From positions 83,128 through 147,127 of the forward strand of contig JBGSJJ010000016.1 in the NCBI GenBank assembly GCA_041742075.1: a DNA stretch of 64,000 nt. Reading direction: 5' to 3'. The notes under the pieces are model-generated. The model was given only the letters and a program-made list of their open reading frames with translations, made no database searches and was not told the origin of the DNA. Source of the DNA: Minisyncoccia bacterium. Lineage in GTDB: Bacteria; Patescibacteriota; Minisyncoccia; Phycocordibacterales; UBA918. Numbering within the stretch: position 1 is the first letter of the stretch; each line of letters opens with the position of its first letter. A program made the translations under genes and the position numbers. Positions 37,531-47,722 of this stretch are shown one piece after another.

Positions 37531-37660
37531 TTCGATGTACTTCTAATTGTTGATAAATTCGACCTTTTTAGACGGGGTAGGCAATATAAAAATCGCCGAC
37601 TTTCGTCGACGATTCTTTTGGTCTTTTTCTTGTTTTTTAAGGGTTTTTTGCCCTTTTTTC

Positions 37661-37692
37661 TTTAGAAGATGGTGTTGTTATATCATGAACTC
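37661..37692 (-). repeat. Right prophage att junction inside the ychF 3' end
   Basis: 22-bp arm 37661-37682 plus spacer tcatgaactc (8/10 identical to 1233-1242). Confidence 0.85.
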
Positions 37693-38775
37693 AATGACGT
37701 CGCCGTCTTTGACGATGTATTCCTTACCTTCAATTCGAAGCTTTCCTTCATCACGGGCAGCTTTAAGTGAGCCACATTCTACCAAGTCATCAAACGTTAC
37801 TACTTGAGCGCGAATATACTTCTTCTCAAAGTCGGTATGAATAGCTGCTCCCGCTTGTGGTCCAGTTGAGCCGATAGGTACCGTCCAAGCACGAGTTTCT
37901 TTTTCTCCGGTAGTGAAGTACGACATGAGGCCAAGTCGGTTGTAGCAGGCGCGAATAAGTGCGTCTACCCCACTGTCTTGAGCGCCATATTCACGGCGGA
38001 ATTCATTTTTTTCGTCAGGTGAGAGGTCCATGAGCTCGTGTTCTACTCCGGCGTCTACCATCAGGTACTGAGACTCTGTTCGTTCAAAAAATTCAAGCAA
38101 ATCATCCCAGCGCTCATCACCGAGTTCGTCGAAGTTTCGAGCGCCGTGCTTCTTGTTACAAATATACAAGAACGGCTTCATGGTTAAGAGATGGAGACCC
38201 TTAATAAGCTTTTGCTCGTCAGCGGTCATCTCAAGAGAGTTAGCGAGCGCGCCACCTTGGAGGATTGGACTAAGACGTTCAAGCAAGGTCTTTTCAGCGA
38301 CTGCATCCTTGTCCCCTCGCTTGGCGTCTCGTTCGACATTCCCTAGGCGTTTCGTAACTGTTTCCAGGTCTGCCATTACCAGTTCAAGGTTGATTACTTC
38401 AATGTCCGAGAGTGGATCAACAATGCCGGTAACATGGTGAATATCCTCATCTTCAAAAATACGGACTACTTGCGCAATCATGTCGGTCTCACGAATGTTA
38501 GCAAGAAACTTGTTACCAAGTCCTTCTCCCGCTGAAGCTCCTTTAACGAGGCCTGCGATGTCGACAAACTCCACCACAGCTGGAAGGATAGTCTGACTAC
38601 CAGAGATAGCTGAGAGTGTGGCGAGACGTCCGTCCGGTACTGCTACTACTCCGACAGACGGGTCGATAGTTGCAAAAGGGTAATTTGCGATTAACACACT
38701 CTTTTGTGTGAGTGCGGTAAAAAGCGTGGATTTTCCTACGTTGGGCAAACCAACAATTCCAACAGATAATGACAT
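37678..38775 (-). CDS. ychF: Redox-regulated ATPase YchF (Obg family)
   Basis: [26 protein letters not shown]-terminal TGS domain. Confidence 0.97.
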   Translation of the reverse strand: MSLSVGIVGLPNVGKSTLFTALTQKSVLIANYPFATIDPSVGVVAVPDGRLATLSAISGSQTILPAVVEFVDIAGLVKGASAGEGLGNKFLANIRETDMIAQVVRIFEDEDIHHVTGIVDPLSDIEVINLELVMADLETVTKRLGNVERDAKRGDKDAVAEKTLLERLSPILQGGALANSLEMTADEQKLIKGLHLLTMKPFLYICNKKHGARNFDELGDERWDDLLEFFERTESQYLMVDAGVEHELMDLSPDEKNEFRREYGAQDSGVDALIRACYNRLGLMSYFTTGEKETRAWTVPIGSTGPQAGAAIHTDFEKKYIRAQVVTFDDLVECGSLKAARDEGKLRIEGKEYIVKDGDVIEFMI

Positions 38776-38939
38776 AGAAGGCTAGACTAGCAGATTCAGA
38801 CTTTTTTTGAAAGTATTGCAATACTAATCTGCAAATTTAGTGTCTGTATTACGACAGCACTGTGTATGAAAATGCTTGTGATTTGTGTGAGTATTTACTA
38901 CTCTTAAGCAAGTGTTACAGAACTATAAGTAATTTATAT

Positions 38940-39455
38940 ATGAAAACTAATATCTACATCACCGCTTTCACTGGATTTGCGTTGATTCTGCTCGCATCAA
39001 TGTTTATCTTGATGCAAGTGTACCAAAGCAGAGTCGACTCAATCTCAGGCGAAACAGAATCAATCGATTCTACCTTTGAAGAGTATGGTGAGTTTGAAGA
39101 ACCAGAGTATGTGGAGTCAGAACAGCTTGACCCGGTAGATGGTGGTGCCGGAGTTGGGTACGATAACCCAGGTATTTCTGAAGAAATGCCAGCTCCAACT
39201 GAACCAGTGGCTTGTACAGAAGAAGCTAAAATCTGTCCAGACGGTACCAGTGTCGGGCGTACGGGTCCCAACTGTGAGTTTACTGCTTGCCCGACATCGC
39301 CTGCTCTAGAACAGCCAGTTCCTGAAGAGGAAATGACGGCTTGTACGATGGACGCTATGATGTGTCCAGATGGATCATATGTTGGGAGAACTGGACCGAA
39401 CTGTCAGTTTGTCTGCCCAACTTTGAACACGCCAACAGATTTGGAATCAAACTAA
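38940..39455 (+). CDS. Membrane-anchored protein with two Cys-rich repeats
   Basis: ACTEEAKICPDGTSVGRTGPNCEF and ACTMDAMMCPDGSYVGRTGPNCQF. Confidence 0.8.
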   Translation: MKTNIYITAFTGFALILLASMFILMQVYQSRVDSISGETESIDSTFEEYGEFEEPEYVESEQLDPVDGGAGVGYDNPGISEEMPAPTEPVACTEEAKICPDGTSVGRTGPNCEFTACPTSPALEQPVPEEEMTACTMDAMMCPDGSYVGRTGPNCQFVCPTLNTPTDLESN

Positions 39456-39473
39456 GTTAACTACGAAAACAGC

Positions 39474-39500
39474 AAAAGCGGGCTTGAGTGCCCGCTTTTT
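39474..39500. terminator. Bidirectional terminator
   Basis: aaaagcgggc-ttgagt-gcccgcttttt between convergent genes. Confidence 0.8.
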
Positions 39501-39517
39501 GTTATTTGTGTGCCTTG

Positions 39518-39847
39518 TTACTGCCTTGGCTTTAAGGTTTTGATCTGCTTCTTGATTACCTCATCATCCACAATACAGGCGAATTCAGCATAGTCGGTGC
39601 CATACTTTTCTTGGTCACCAGCATAGTAATTGAGTTTAAATACAGTACCTTTTGTAAGCATTCGAACTTGCTTCTTAACTCTTATATTGAGACCAGCTAA
39701 GTACGGAACAATCTCAATTCGTTCCACTTCCGTGAACCTGCTGTCACGACTGACCCAAACTGAAACTGCTTGAAGCACGCGTAGCGGTACTTTTGCACTG
39801 TAGTGAATACAAACGTTGAGTTCTCCAAGTTTTATGATTCGCTCCAT
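39518..39847 (-). CDS. Hypothetical protein
   Basis: ORF only. Confidence 0.5.
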   Translation of the reverse strand: MERIIKLGELNVCIHYSAKVPLRVLQAVSVWVSRDSRFTEVERIEIVPYLAGLNIRVKKQVRMLTKGTVFKLNYYAGDQEKYGTDYAEFACIVDDEVIKKQIKTLKPRQ

Positions 39848-39887
39848 ACTGATTCCCTTTCCTACTTTTGCTAATTTGGAGGCTAGG

Positions 39888-40241
39888 TTACAGAACATTC
39901 CTATCGTGTGACACTACGCCAGCCTTGTTTCTTGAAGTAGTTGTATGAAATGTTTCATTCGTTACGGGATTGCAACGGAATGTTACGATTTTGTACTCAA
40001 TAATATGAACATCGATACGTTGTTTTGCATCGATAATTCTTTTTATACCAGAAACATAGTTAAAAGAATGAAGAAGGGCTCTTTTAGCTGTTTCAGCGCA
40101 CACCCGCAGATTATGTTCGACCATGTAATTTACCTGGGCACGACTGGTGTGACGCACGAGCAAATGGACCTCAAACAATCTCCCGCCTTTGTAGACAACT
40201 AACGCACTTGATTTTGGCATGCCAAACCCCTGTATTGTCAT
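39888..40241 (-). CDS. Hypothetical protein
   Basis: ORF only. Confidence 0.45.
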   Translation of the reverse strand: MTIQGFGMPKSSALVVYKGGRLFEVHLLVRHTSRAQVNYMVEHNLRVCAETAKRALLHSFNYVSGIKRIIDAKQRIDVHIIEYKIVTFRCNPVTNETFHTTTSRNKAGVVSHDRNVL

Positions 40242-40322
40242 TTGAACAGACTCTATGAAAAATATACCAGCACTTGACTTATTTTGCTAGTGTGGCTGTA
40301 AGTAGAATTGGTTAGGCTCAGC

Positions 40323-40946
40323 CTAGTTTTGAGCTTCTGCTTGCATCATGGCCTCCAACGCTTCAGGATTGAAGCCCTCCCCACTCATCATCATTTCCAA
40401 GTCCATAAACACGATGTCGCTTGGTGGAACAAAAACAGAATCATCCACAGTCCACGGAGTACAGTCGTATTCAACCTCTTGGTTGTAGTCAAAAGAAGCC
40501 GGGTTGTTTTCAGGCTCTACTGTTTCAGCTTCGGTTGTTGGCTCGAGGTGCTTGGTTTTGATAGCAAAGGTACCTTCGGTTGACTGACCCCAGGAGTAAT
40601 TGTTGGTTCCGTCGTCAATCGTATTAAATGTCATTTCTTCATTGTTTTGAATCATGGTTGTTTTTACACTCACTCTACCGCCAGCTGTATAGATTACGCC
40701 ATTAGTTGGAATAGAGTCACCACCAATGGCGTCTGTGCTATAGGTACACTTCATCGTCTCGGTTTTAGTAAAGAGTGACATAAAGGTACTTACCCCCTGC
40801 TCAACTTTAGTTTCTTGAATTTCTGCACTTGTGTCCTCTCCTTCACTTTCAACACTAGGAGCTTCAGCCTTATTAAAAATGAAAAAATAGGTAACGGCGA
40901 TTACCACTAACGCACCAATCCCCCCGATGACAATATTTTTGTTCAT
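40323..40946 (-). CDS. Secreted/membrane-anchored hypothetical protein
   Basis: N-terminal TM; YDCTPWTVDDSVFVPP C-terminal motif. Confidence 0.75.
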   Translation of the reverse strand: MNKNIVIGGIGALVVIAVTYFFIFNKAEAPSVESEGEDTSAEIQETKVEQGVSTFMSLFTKTETMKCTYSTDAIGGDSIPTNGVIYTAGGRVSVKTTMIQNNEEMTFNTIDDGTNNYSWGQSTEGTFAIKTKHLEPTTEAETVEPENNPASFDYNQEVEYDCTPWTVDDSVFVPPSDIVFMDLEMMMSGEGFNPEALEAMMQAEAQN

Positions 40947-40984
40947 ACGCTCATGTTACTTCCAGTAATACTAAAAGTATACCA

Positions 40985-41383
40985 CTACCAATTTAAGTAC
41001 GTGATAGTGAGTTGCAAAATTGAGGCAAACAGCACCCAAAGGAAGTACGGGATGTTGATAAGCGCCACCCACTTGTAGTGAGGATAAATAACCATGAGTG
41101 CCCAGGCGAGTGTAAAGAGCACAAGAAGAATATCAAGCGACGCTAGCTCGTTACTCTTTAGGCTAAACTGCAGTGGCGTAAAGAGTCCATTAAAGACGAG
41201 GTTCAAAAAGAACGGGAGGCCGATAAGGAAAGACAGCTCTCCTTTAAGGATTTTATAGAAAACATACCCGAACGATACAAATATAACCGTGTAGAGCACA
41301 GTCCATACTGGACCAAACAGCCAAGCTGGCGGAGCCCAACTTGGCTTTATAAGAGTGGCGTACCAACTTACTTCAGAATTCAT
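40985..41383 (-). CDS. tspO: TspO/MBR family membrane protein
   Basis: WY..L.KPSWAPPAWLFGPVWTVLY; PYFLWV.FA. Confidence 0.92.
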   Translation of the reverse strand: MNSEVSWYATLIKPSWAPPAWLFGPVWTVLYTVIFVSFGYVFYKILKGELSFLIGLPFFLNLVFNGLFTPLQFSLKSNELASLDILLVLFTLAWALMVIYPHYKWVALINIPYFLWVLFASILQLTITYLNW

Positions 41384-41398
41384 CAATTAATAGTACTC

Positions 41399-41977
41399 CT
41401 ATGAACCTTTTTTACCTAGGGCTTCAACTTGTTTAAGCCATTTAGCGCGATGCTCGTCAGAAATGCGTTCACAAGGACCAAAGGCTGACACCGCGACGTC
41501 TATACCGGCAAAGCCGAGGATACCGTGCTGGATTTCGTTGGTGTAGTCACCAAACATCCACCAGGTTTTAAACGGACTATGTGAACCAGCAATAATAATC
41601 ACCCGACCAGTCTTCCCTTTAAGACGTTGAATGAGTTTCTTTGTAGTTTTGTCAAAGTTAAAAGCAAAACCTGGAATCCAGATTCTATCAAACAGGCCTT
41701 TGAGGATAGCTGGCATCGTACACCACCAGTTTGGATACACAACCACAATGTGGTCAGCCCAACGAAACGACTCTTGAAGCTGGAGAAGGTCTGGTTCAAG
41801 TTGCTGAATTTCCTTGTACCCTTTGTGCAGAATTGGGTCAAAGTTAATCTCCCCAATGTTTACGCGGATTACTTCGTGACCAGCTTCTTGTGCACCAGCT
41901 TGATAATGATCCGCCATCGCTCCCGTAAAAGTATCTTTATCGGAGTGACCGAGCAGAATAAGAATTTTCTTTTGCAT
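41399..41977 (-). CDS. NAD(P)H-dependent oxidoreductase (flavodoxin-like fold)
   Basis: WADHIVVVYPNWW..PAILKGLFDR. Confidence 0.9.
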   Translation of the reverse strand: MQKKILILLGHSDKDTFTGAMADHYQAGAQEAGHEVIRVNIGEINFDPILHKGYKEIQQLEPDLLQLQESFRWADHIVVVYPNWWCTMPAILKGLFDRIWIPGFAFNFDKTTKKLIQRLKGKTGRVIIIAGSHSPFKTWWMFGDYTNEIQHGILGFAGIDVAVSAFGPCERISDEHRAKWLKQVEALGKKGS

Positions 41978-42052
41978 ACTACAGAAAAGTATAACAGAGT
42001 CAGCGCACTTATAAGTGCGCTGACTGTGGGTTAGTTTTGGGACAAAACTTGC

Positions 42053-42364
42053 TTAGCGTCTGATGGTTCCGTTTGGATTGAACTGTCCTTGTGTACCCAT
42101 TTGCGCTTTCATGAGTTTTTCCTTCATCTCAGGCGACATGATGGCCATAATTTCTTTTTGGTACTTCGGGAGCACTTTCATGGCAGCGTTCATTTGGTTG
42201 CCACCTTTCTTCATCTCTTCTTGTAGCTCCTTAGCAATCTTTTCAAACAGAACCGGGTCTTTTTCGACCATAGTCATAATCATTTCTCGCTGATCAGCTG
42301 GCACGTCTTTAAGTTGCTTTTCAAGCAACTTCTTCATCGCAAAATTCTTTATTTTTCCAAACAT
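42053..42364 (-). CDS. Small helical hypothetical protein
   Basis: Met/Gln-rich ORF followed by a perfect palindrome at ~41998-42025. Confidence 0.7.
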   Translation of the reverse strand: MFGKIKNFAMKKLLEKQLKDVPADQREMIMTMVEKDPVLFEKIAKELQEEMKKGGNQMNAAMKVLPKYQKEIMAIMSPEMKEKLMKAQMGTQGQFNPNGTIRR

Positions 42365-42469
42365 AGTGGTGCTATTGTAGCAAGTCACGCCTATCCGTAA
42401 AGGTACAAGTCGAGTGATTGACATTTACCAATAAATGTATTAGAATCCGAGCAAACTTATATTTATATT

Positions 42470-44005
42470 ATGATACAGAAACTATATACATGGTACGGGA
42501 AGCGAGTGGTTAATGGCGTAGCAGCAGTTGTAGTATTGCTCGTTATTGCTGGAATTGCAGTGAATACGCTTAGAAGTGAGCCAGAATCAGTCGATGCTGA
42601 TCAGCCTCTTTCAGTCAAAACTGCCCCAATAGCTACACTTGGCGAAGGAAGTGCACGAACGTACGTGGGTACCGTAAGTGCGGTAAATGAAGCCAGTCTT
42701 AACAGCGAAGTGGGTGGTCGAGTTGTGTCTGTACCAGTATCTATTGGTGACCGAGTGTCAGCTGGTGGAGTTATTGCCCAACTAGATAACGCGTCAGAAC
42801 GTGCTCAGGTAACTCAAGCCCAAGGTGCATATGAGGCAGCTCAGGCTGGAGCACAGCAAAGCGATAGTGGTATACGAGATGCTGAAACGGCTCTCGTAAG
42901 TGCTAAAAATAACGCGCTCACTACGGTAAAAGCTTCTTATACTACAGCTAACAGTGCGCTTATCAATTCTGTAAACAAATTCTACGGTTCTCCTCAGAGT
43001 ATGATTCCTGGAGTCCGTGTGAGTGGTGGCAACACCTCATTCCTTAATGAAGAGCGAGTGGCTTTTCAGACTATCATCCCGGCTTGGCAGACAGAAGTTG
43101 ATTCAGCTCAAGTCACAAGCAACCTTCCACAACTTCTGAGTGATGCTGAGACGAAAACATTGCGCATGCTCACACTGGTTGATGCTTTTATTGAAATTAC
43201 CAGTACCGCCGGTGGAAACGAAGTATTTCAAGGTCAGCCACTCTCTTCATATAGTGCTGGGTTACTTAACGAGCGTACAAGCCTTAATCAGTCCGTACAA
43301 AACATTCGTTCAGCTAAGTCAGCTCTTATTTCAGCCGAAGAAGGTATTGTGCGCGCAAACATTGGTGGAACAAACGCCGATGTCTCACTGGCAAACGCAC
43401 AAGTAAAGCAAGCTCTTGGTTCTCTTCAGTCTGCGCAAGCCCAACTCGCTAAGACAATTATCCGCAGTCCGATAGCTGGTACAGTAAATGCCCTTCAAGT
43501 AAAAGTCGGCGATTTCATCGGTGGCGGTGCACCAGTAGCTGAAGTAGTGAATGCCAGTGCCTATGAACTATCTATTTATGTTAACGAAATTGAGCGAGAA
43601 ACGATTGCAATTGGAGACATTGTAAAAATTAATAGTGCCCTAGATGGTGTCGTGACAAACATCGCTCCAGCGCTTGACGCCCGAACACAAAAAGTTGAGG
43701 TGAAGATTGCAATTGAAAGCACTGAAATTCTTTCGGGAGCAACCGCTATCGTTTCCCTTGCTACGTCAACCACACCTACCACTAATAATGAATTAACAGT
43801 ACCGCTTACAGCCGTGGCCTTCTCAATTGAGAACGGTGCCGTACTCGTAGTACGTGATGGTCTTGTTCAAGCACTCCCTGTAACACTTGGTGAAATCCGC
43901 GGTTCACAGATTGCTATCTCTGGTGACGTTTCTGAAACGACTGAAATCATTGTTGACGCTCGCGGTTTGGTAGTAGGACAAAAGGTTAGTACTGAACAAA
44001 ACTAG
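42470..44005 (+). CDS. RND efflux periplasmic adaptor (HlyD family)
   Basis: GRVVSV..GD.V lipoyl halves, IRSPIAG, long coiled coil. Confidence 0.88.
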   Translation: MIQKLYTWYGKRVVNGVAAVVVLLVIAGIAVNTLRSEPESVDADQPLSVKTAPIATLGEGSARTYVGTVSAVNEASLNSEVGGRVVSVPVSIGDRVSAGGVIAQLDNASERAQVTQAQGAYEAAQAGAQQSDSGIRDAETALVSAKNNALTTVKASYTTANSALINSVNKFYGSPQSMIPGVRVSGGNTSFLNEERVAFQTIIPAWQTEVDSAQVTSNLPQLLSDAETKTLRMLTLVDAFIEITSTAGGNEVFQGQPLSSYSAGLLNERTSLNQSVQNIRSAKSALISAEEGIVRANIGGTNADVSLANAQVKQALGSLQSAQAQLAKTIIRSPIAGTVNALQVKVGDFIGGGAPVAEVVNASAYELSIYVNEIERETIAIGDIVKINSALDGVVTNIAPALDARTQKVEVKIAIESTEILSGATAIVSLATSTTPTTNNELTVPLTAVAFSIENGAVLVVRDGLVQALPVTLGEIRGSQIAISGDVSETTEIIVDARGLVVGQKVSTEQN

Positions 44006-44007
44006 GT

Positions 44008-47000
44008 ATGTGGGAATTCTTCATAAATAAAAGTAAGTTTACTTACTTAGTAGTATTTGCACTGGTTTGTTTTGGACTCTACTCAGTTTTTCTTATTCCT
44101 CGTGAATCCTCACCGGAAGTACAGATACCGATTGGTATTGTCACGACCGTTCTCCCAGGTGCACCGGCAGCAGATGTTGAGTCACTTGTCACCAATGAGA
44201 TTGAACGTGGCTTGTTAGGCGCGCTTGATGATGTTAAAGAAATCACCTCTAGTTCTCGTGAAGGGGTGTCAGTTATAACAGTAGAATTTGATGCACGGGC
44301 TGACATCGACGAATCAATTGATGAATTAAAGGACGCCATCGATACACTTAAGGGTGAATTGCCTGGAGAGGCGGAAGATCCTTTTGTGTCAGAAGTAAAC
44401 TTTGTAGACCAACCAATTCTAACTTTTGCGGTATCAGGTGATGCTTCTCCAAGAGAGTTTCTTGAGCTGGCAGAACGTCTTGAAGATGAGATAGAAGGAA
44501 TTTCGGGTATTTCTCGTGTTGAATACAGTGGTGTTGGCGAACGAGCGGTCAGCGTGGTGGTTGAACAGTCAGCCCTCGTGCAATACGGTGTATCCTTACA
44601 GCAAATTACTTCAGCACTCCGCAGTGCAAACACCGCCTTTCCAATTGGGCAAATTGAAAACAACGGTATTCTTTACAACATTACCTTTGATGGTAAGCCA
44701 ACTGACTTGAATGACATAGAAAACGTTTCAGTTGCTGTTAATAACGGTCAACCAGTATACGTTCGTGACGTCGCTACAGTAAAAGACACAGTTTCTGAAT
44801 CACCTGCTTTTTCTCGACTCAGTGTTGATGGTAAGCCTTCAAGTAATGCAATCTCGTTTAGTGTCTACAAGCAACGTGGCGGTGACATCACTCGTCTCAC
44901 GAGTGATGTGCAAGAGCGTCTCGCTGAACTAGGTACAGGTGGGGGTGTGCTTTCTGAATTTACTATTGTGCCTATTCTGGATTCAGGAGCCGATATCAAG
45001 AAAGACTTGGTTAATCTCTCATCATCAGGACTCCAGACAGTTATCTTAGTTGTGCTCGTACTCATCATTGCAATCGGCTGGCGAGAAGCGTTTGTAGCAG
45101 GTCTTACCGTGCCACTTTCCTTCCTTATCGGGTTTATCGGACTCTACCTGTCTGGAAATACCATAAACTTCCTCAGCCTGTTTGCTCTCATTTTAGGAAT
45201 CGGAATTTTGGTTGACTCAGGGATTGTGATGGTTGAAGGTATCAATCGACGCATGAAGGAGAACCCAAACATTAACAAGCAGGAAGCCGCTCGCCTCGCG
45301 GTTCGTGAGTTTGCTAGCCCGCTTACTTCTGGTACCTTAACGACGGTAGCAATGTTTGCTGGTCTTTTTATCGTCACTGGAGTTATTGGTGAGTTCATTA
45401 AGAGTATTCCTTTCACGCTTATTTTTATTCTATTTGCTTCTCTCTTTGTTGCATTGGCTGTTGTACCTGTAGTTGCTTCAGTAGTACTTCGCCGACGGAG
45501 TGCTACCAATTTTGAAAAGAAACAAATTGAATACACACATCGTCTTGAAAGTTGGTATCGAGCTAAACTGTCCTATGTAATAGGTCATGCTCGCCGTGAA
45601 AAAATCTTCCTGTGGTCAATTCGCGCCCTACTTATTGTGGCACTTGCTTTGCCTTTTGCTGGGTTAGTGAAAGTAGTTTTCTTTGAACAAGGTGACATTG
45701 ATTATGTATTTGTCGACATTGAACTTCCACAAGGTAGTACTAAAGAAATAACTGACTTGTCGGTTCGCCGAGTAGAAGAAGTACTTTACAAGAATAGTGA
45801 CATTGAATCATTTCAAGTTACTGTTGGTGGAGGTAATCAGTTTGTTGAGGGTTCAGGTTCAGGTGAAAGCCTTGCCAGCTTCTTCATTCTCCTTAAAGAT
45901 GAGCGTGAAAACACCAGTTCTGAAATAATTACGAATCTGCGAGTTGCACTTCAGCCGGTTAATGACGTAAAGGTTGTTGTGAGTCAGCCGAACGAGGGAC
46001 CGCCAACTGGTGCTGCTATTGGCGTGACGTTTGTTGGTGATGACCTCGATGAACTGGTAGCACTTGCAAACGAAGCAGCGATTGTGCTCAGTGAACTACC
46101 AGAAACAACAAACATTCGAACTAGTATTGATGCCGGAAGTGAGTTCGTCGTGGTACTTGATACTGCCAAGGCTGCTTCTTTTGGACTTGATGCACAAACC
46201 GTCTCTGGTGTACTTAGAAGTGCAGTCTTTGGTACCGAAGCAACGACATTAAATGACCTAAATGCTGAAGTACCTGTAGACGTTAAGTTGAACATAGGTA
46301 ATACCCTTAATGTTTCTAGTGAATCTACCAATGTAGTTTCTATCGATGCACTACGTGCCCTAGTATTACCAACTCAAGACGGTAGTACTATTCCCCTCTC
46401 AGCAATTGCTGAAGTACGCTTACAAGAATCACGTACCGTAATCAATCACGAAGACGGTTCACGAGTGGTAAGTGTCCAAGGTGACATTACTCCACTGGGT
46501 AACGCTCGTGGGATTCAAACTGCTTATAATGGTGAACTGACTGAGAAGCTTGAGGTACCAGCATCGGTGACCATGCTTCCTGGAGGAGAAACCGGTGAGT
46601 CTGACCAGGCGTTCGTAGAACTCTTCGTCGCTTTGGCTGTCGGTATTACTTTGATGGTAGCAGTGCTTGTGTTTGAGTTCAACTCATTTAGGCACATGCG
46701 TTACGTCATCTCTATCCTTCCGTACTCTCTCATTGGTATCATGTTTGGGTTGGCGATTACACAAAACGCCCTTTCCTTCCCTTCTATCATGGGCTTCATT
46801 GCGCTCTCGGGTATTGTAGTAAACAACTCAATTCTTCTCATCGATATGATGAACTATGACCGAAAGCAAAACCCAGGAAAAGCAGTCCGAGACGTTGTGA
46901 TCGATTCATCGGTTGGCCGTCTTCGCCCAATCTTACTTACAACCGTAACTACCGTGATTGGTATGGTGCCACTCACCTACTCTGGTGACCTCTGGGCACC

Positions 47001-47100
47001 ACTTGCCTACGCAGTAATGTTTGGACTTATTTTCTCTGTGATTATTACTCTGGTACTTGTACCGATTACCTACAACCGCAAGCCTGGCGAACTTGGCTAA
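44008..47100 (+). CDS. RND efflux permease (AcrB/AcrD/AcrF family)
   Basis: 1030 aa; GILVDSGIVMVE, GIVVNNSILL, RLRPILLT. Confidence 0.95.
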   Translation: MWEFFINKSKFTYLVVFALVCFGLYSVFLIPRESSPEVQIPIGIVTTVLPGAPAADVESLVTNEIERGLLGALDDVKEITSSSREGVSVITVEFDARADIDESIDELKDAIDTLKGELPGEAEDPFVSEVNFVDQPILTFAVSGDASPREFLELAERLEDEIEGISGISRVEYSGVGERAVSVVVEQSALVQYGVSLQQITSALRSANTAFPIGQIENNGILYNITFDGKPTDLNDIENVSVAVNNGQPVYVRDVATVKDTVSESPAFSRLSVDGKPSSNAISFSVYKQRGGDITRLTSDVQERLAELGTGGGVLSEFTIVPILDSGADIKKDLVNLSSSGLQTVILVVLVLIIAIGWREAFVAGLTVPLSFLIGFIGLYLSGNTINFLSLFALILGIGILVDSGIVMVEGINRRMKENPNINKQEAARLAVREFASPLTSGTLTTVAMFAGLFIVTGVIGEFIKSIPFTLIFILFASLFVALAVVPVVASVVLRRRSATNFEKKQIEYTHRLESWYRAKLSYVIGHARREKIFLWSIRALLIVALALPFAGLVKVVFFEQGDIDYVFVDIELPQGSTKEITDLSVRRVEEVLYKNSDIESFQVTVGGGNQFVEGSGSGESLASFFILLKDERENTSSEIITNLRVALQPVNDVKVVVSQPNEGPPTGAAIGVTFVGDDLDELVALANEAAIVLSELPETTNIRTSIDAGSEFVVVLDTAKAASFGLDAQTVSGVLRSAVFGTEATTLNDLNAEVPVDVKLNIGNTLNVSSESTNVVSIDALRALVLPTQDGSTIPLSAIAEVRLQESRTVINHEDGSRVVSVQGDITPLGNARGIQTAYNGELTEKLEVPASVTMLPGGETGESDQAFVELFVALAVGITLMVAVLVFEFNSFRHMRYVISILPYSLIGIMFGLAITQNALSFPSIMGFIALSGIVVNNSILLIDMMNYDRKQNPGKAVRDVVIDSSVGRLRPILLTTVTTVIGMVPLTYSGDLWAPLAYAVMFGLIFSVIITLVLVPITYNRKPGELG

Positions 47101-47128
47101 GTTAGGCATTTCGTCATATAATTAAGTT

Positions 47129-47677
47129 ATGAAAAAAATTATACTAGGACTAGTGTTAGCATTAGTGCTTATACCATCTGTGTCTTTAGCTCAGTCAAAT
47201 GTTGACGCAAATCAACGTGCAGTTATGATGCAACTAATTGCTTCACTATTAAAACAAGTTGAAGTATTGCAAGCTCGTTTAATTGAGATTCAAAGTGTTG
47301 AGAAGTCATCAAACTTAACTCCATACCAAAAAGCAGTTAAACCACTTGTCGATGAACTGACAAAAAATCGTGATAAGCAAGAAGAACTTCAAGATAAGTT
47401 CGATGAAATGTATGAAGATGAGTCTGAAGAGATCGAAGAGTGGGAAGATGTATTTGATAATGATTGCGAAGGTACCTCAACTAAAAGTGTTGTAGTCAGA
47501 CATATGAAAGTACAGTGCTCATCTATCGGTTCAAAAATCATTAAGTTAGAGGCAATAATTAGTGACATAGAAGACGATAATAAAGACATTGTTGAGGATA
47601 TTGAAGAACTTGAAGAAGGGGAGGAAGAACTTGAAGAAAAAATTGACCTACTTAAAACTAGATACGGCATCTCATAG
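47129..47677 (+). CDS. Secreted acidic coiled-coil protein
   Basis: Signal peptide plus coiled coil. Confidence 0.7.
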   Translation: MKKIILGLVLALVLIPSVSLAQSNVDANQRAVMMQLIASLLKQVEVLQARLIEIQSVEKSSNLTPYQKAVKPLVDELTKNRDKQEELQDKFDEMYEDESEEIEEWEDVFDNDCEGTSTKSVVVRHMKVQCSSIGSKIIKLEAIISDIEDDNKDIVEDIEELEEGEEELEEKIDLLKTRYGIS

Positions 47678-47680
47678 ACA

Positions 47681-47712
47681 AAAAAACACCTCGCATAGCG
47701 AGGTGTTTTTTT
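47681..47712. terminator. Bidirectional terminator
   Basis: aaaaaacacctcgc-ata-gcgaggtgttttttt. Confidence 0.8.
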
Positions 47713-47722
47713 GCATGTATAC

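Larger units (their letters stand above)
1233..37692 (-). mobile_element. Podovirus-like temperate prophage (~36.4 kb) integrated in ychF
   Basis: Integrase, terminase, portal, capsid, tail/ejection and lysis genes between matching att junctions; no tape-measure or sheath gene. Confidence 0.92.

Noticed and set aside
44079-46331. Long antisense ORFs within the RND permease (and similarly within atp and phage genes)
   Set aside because: Ser-rich mirror frames expected from codon bias of the sense genes.
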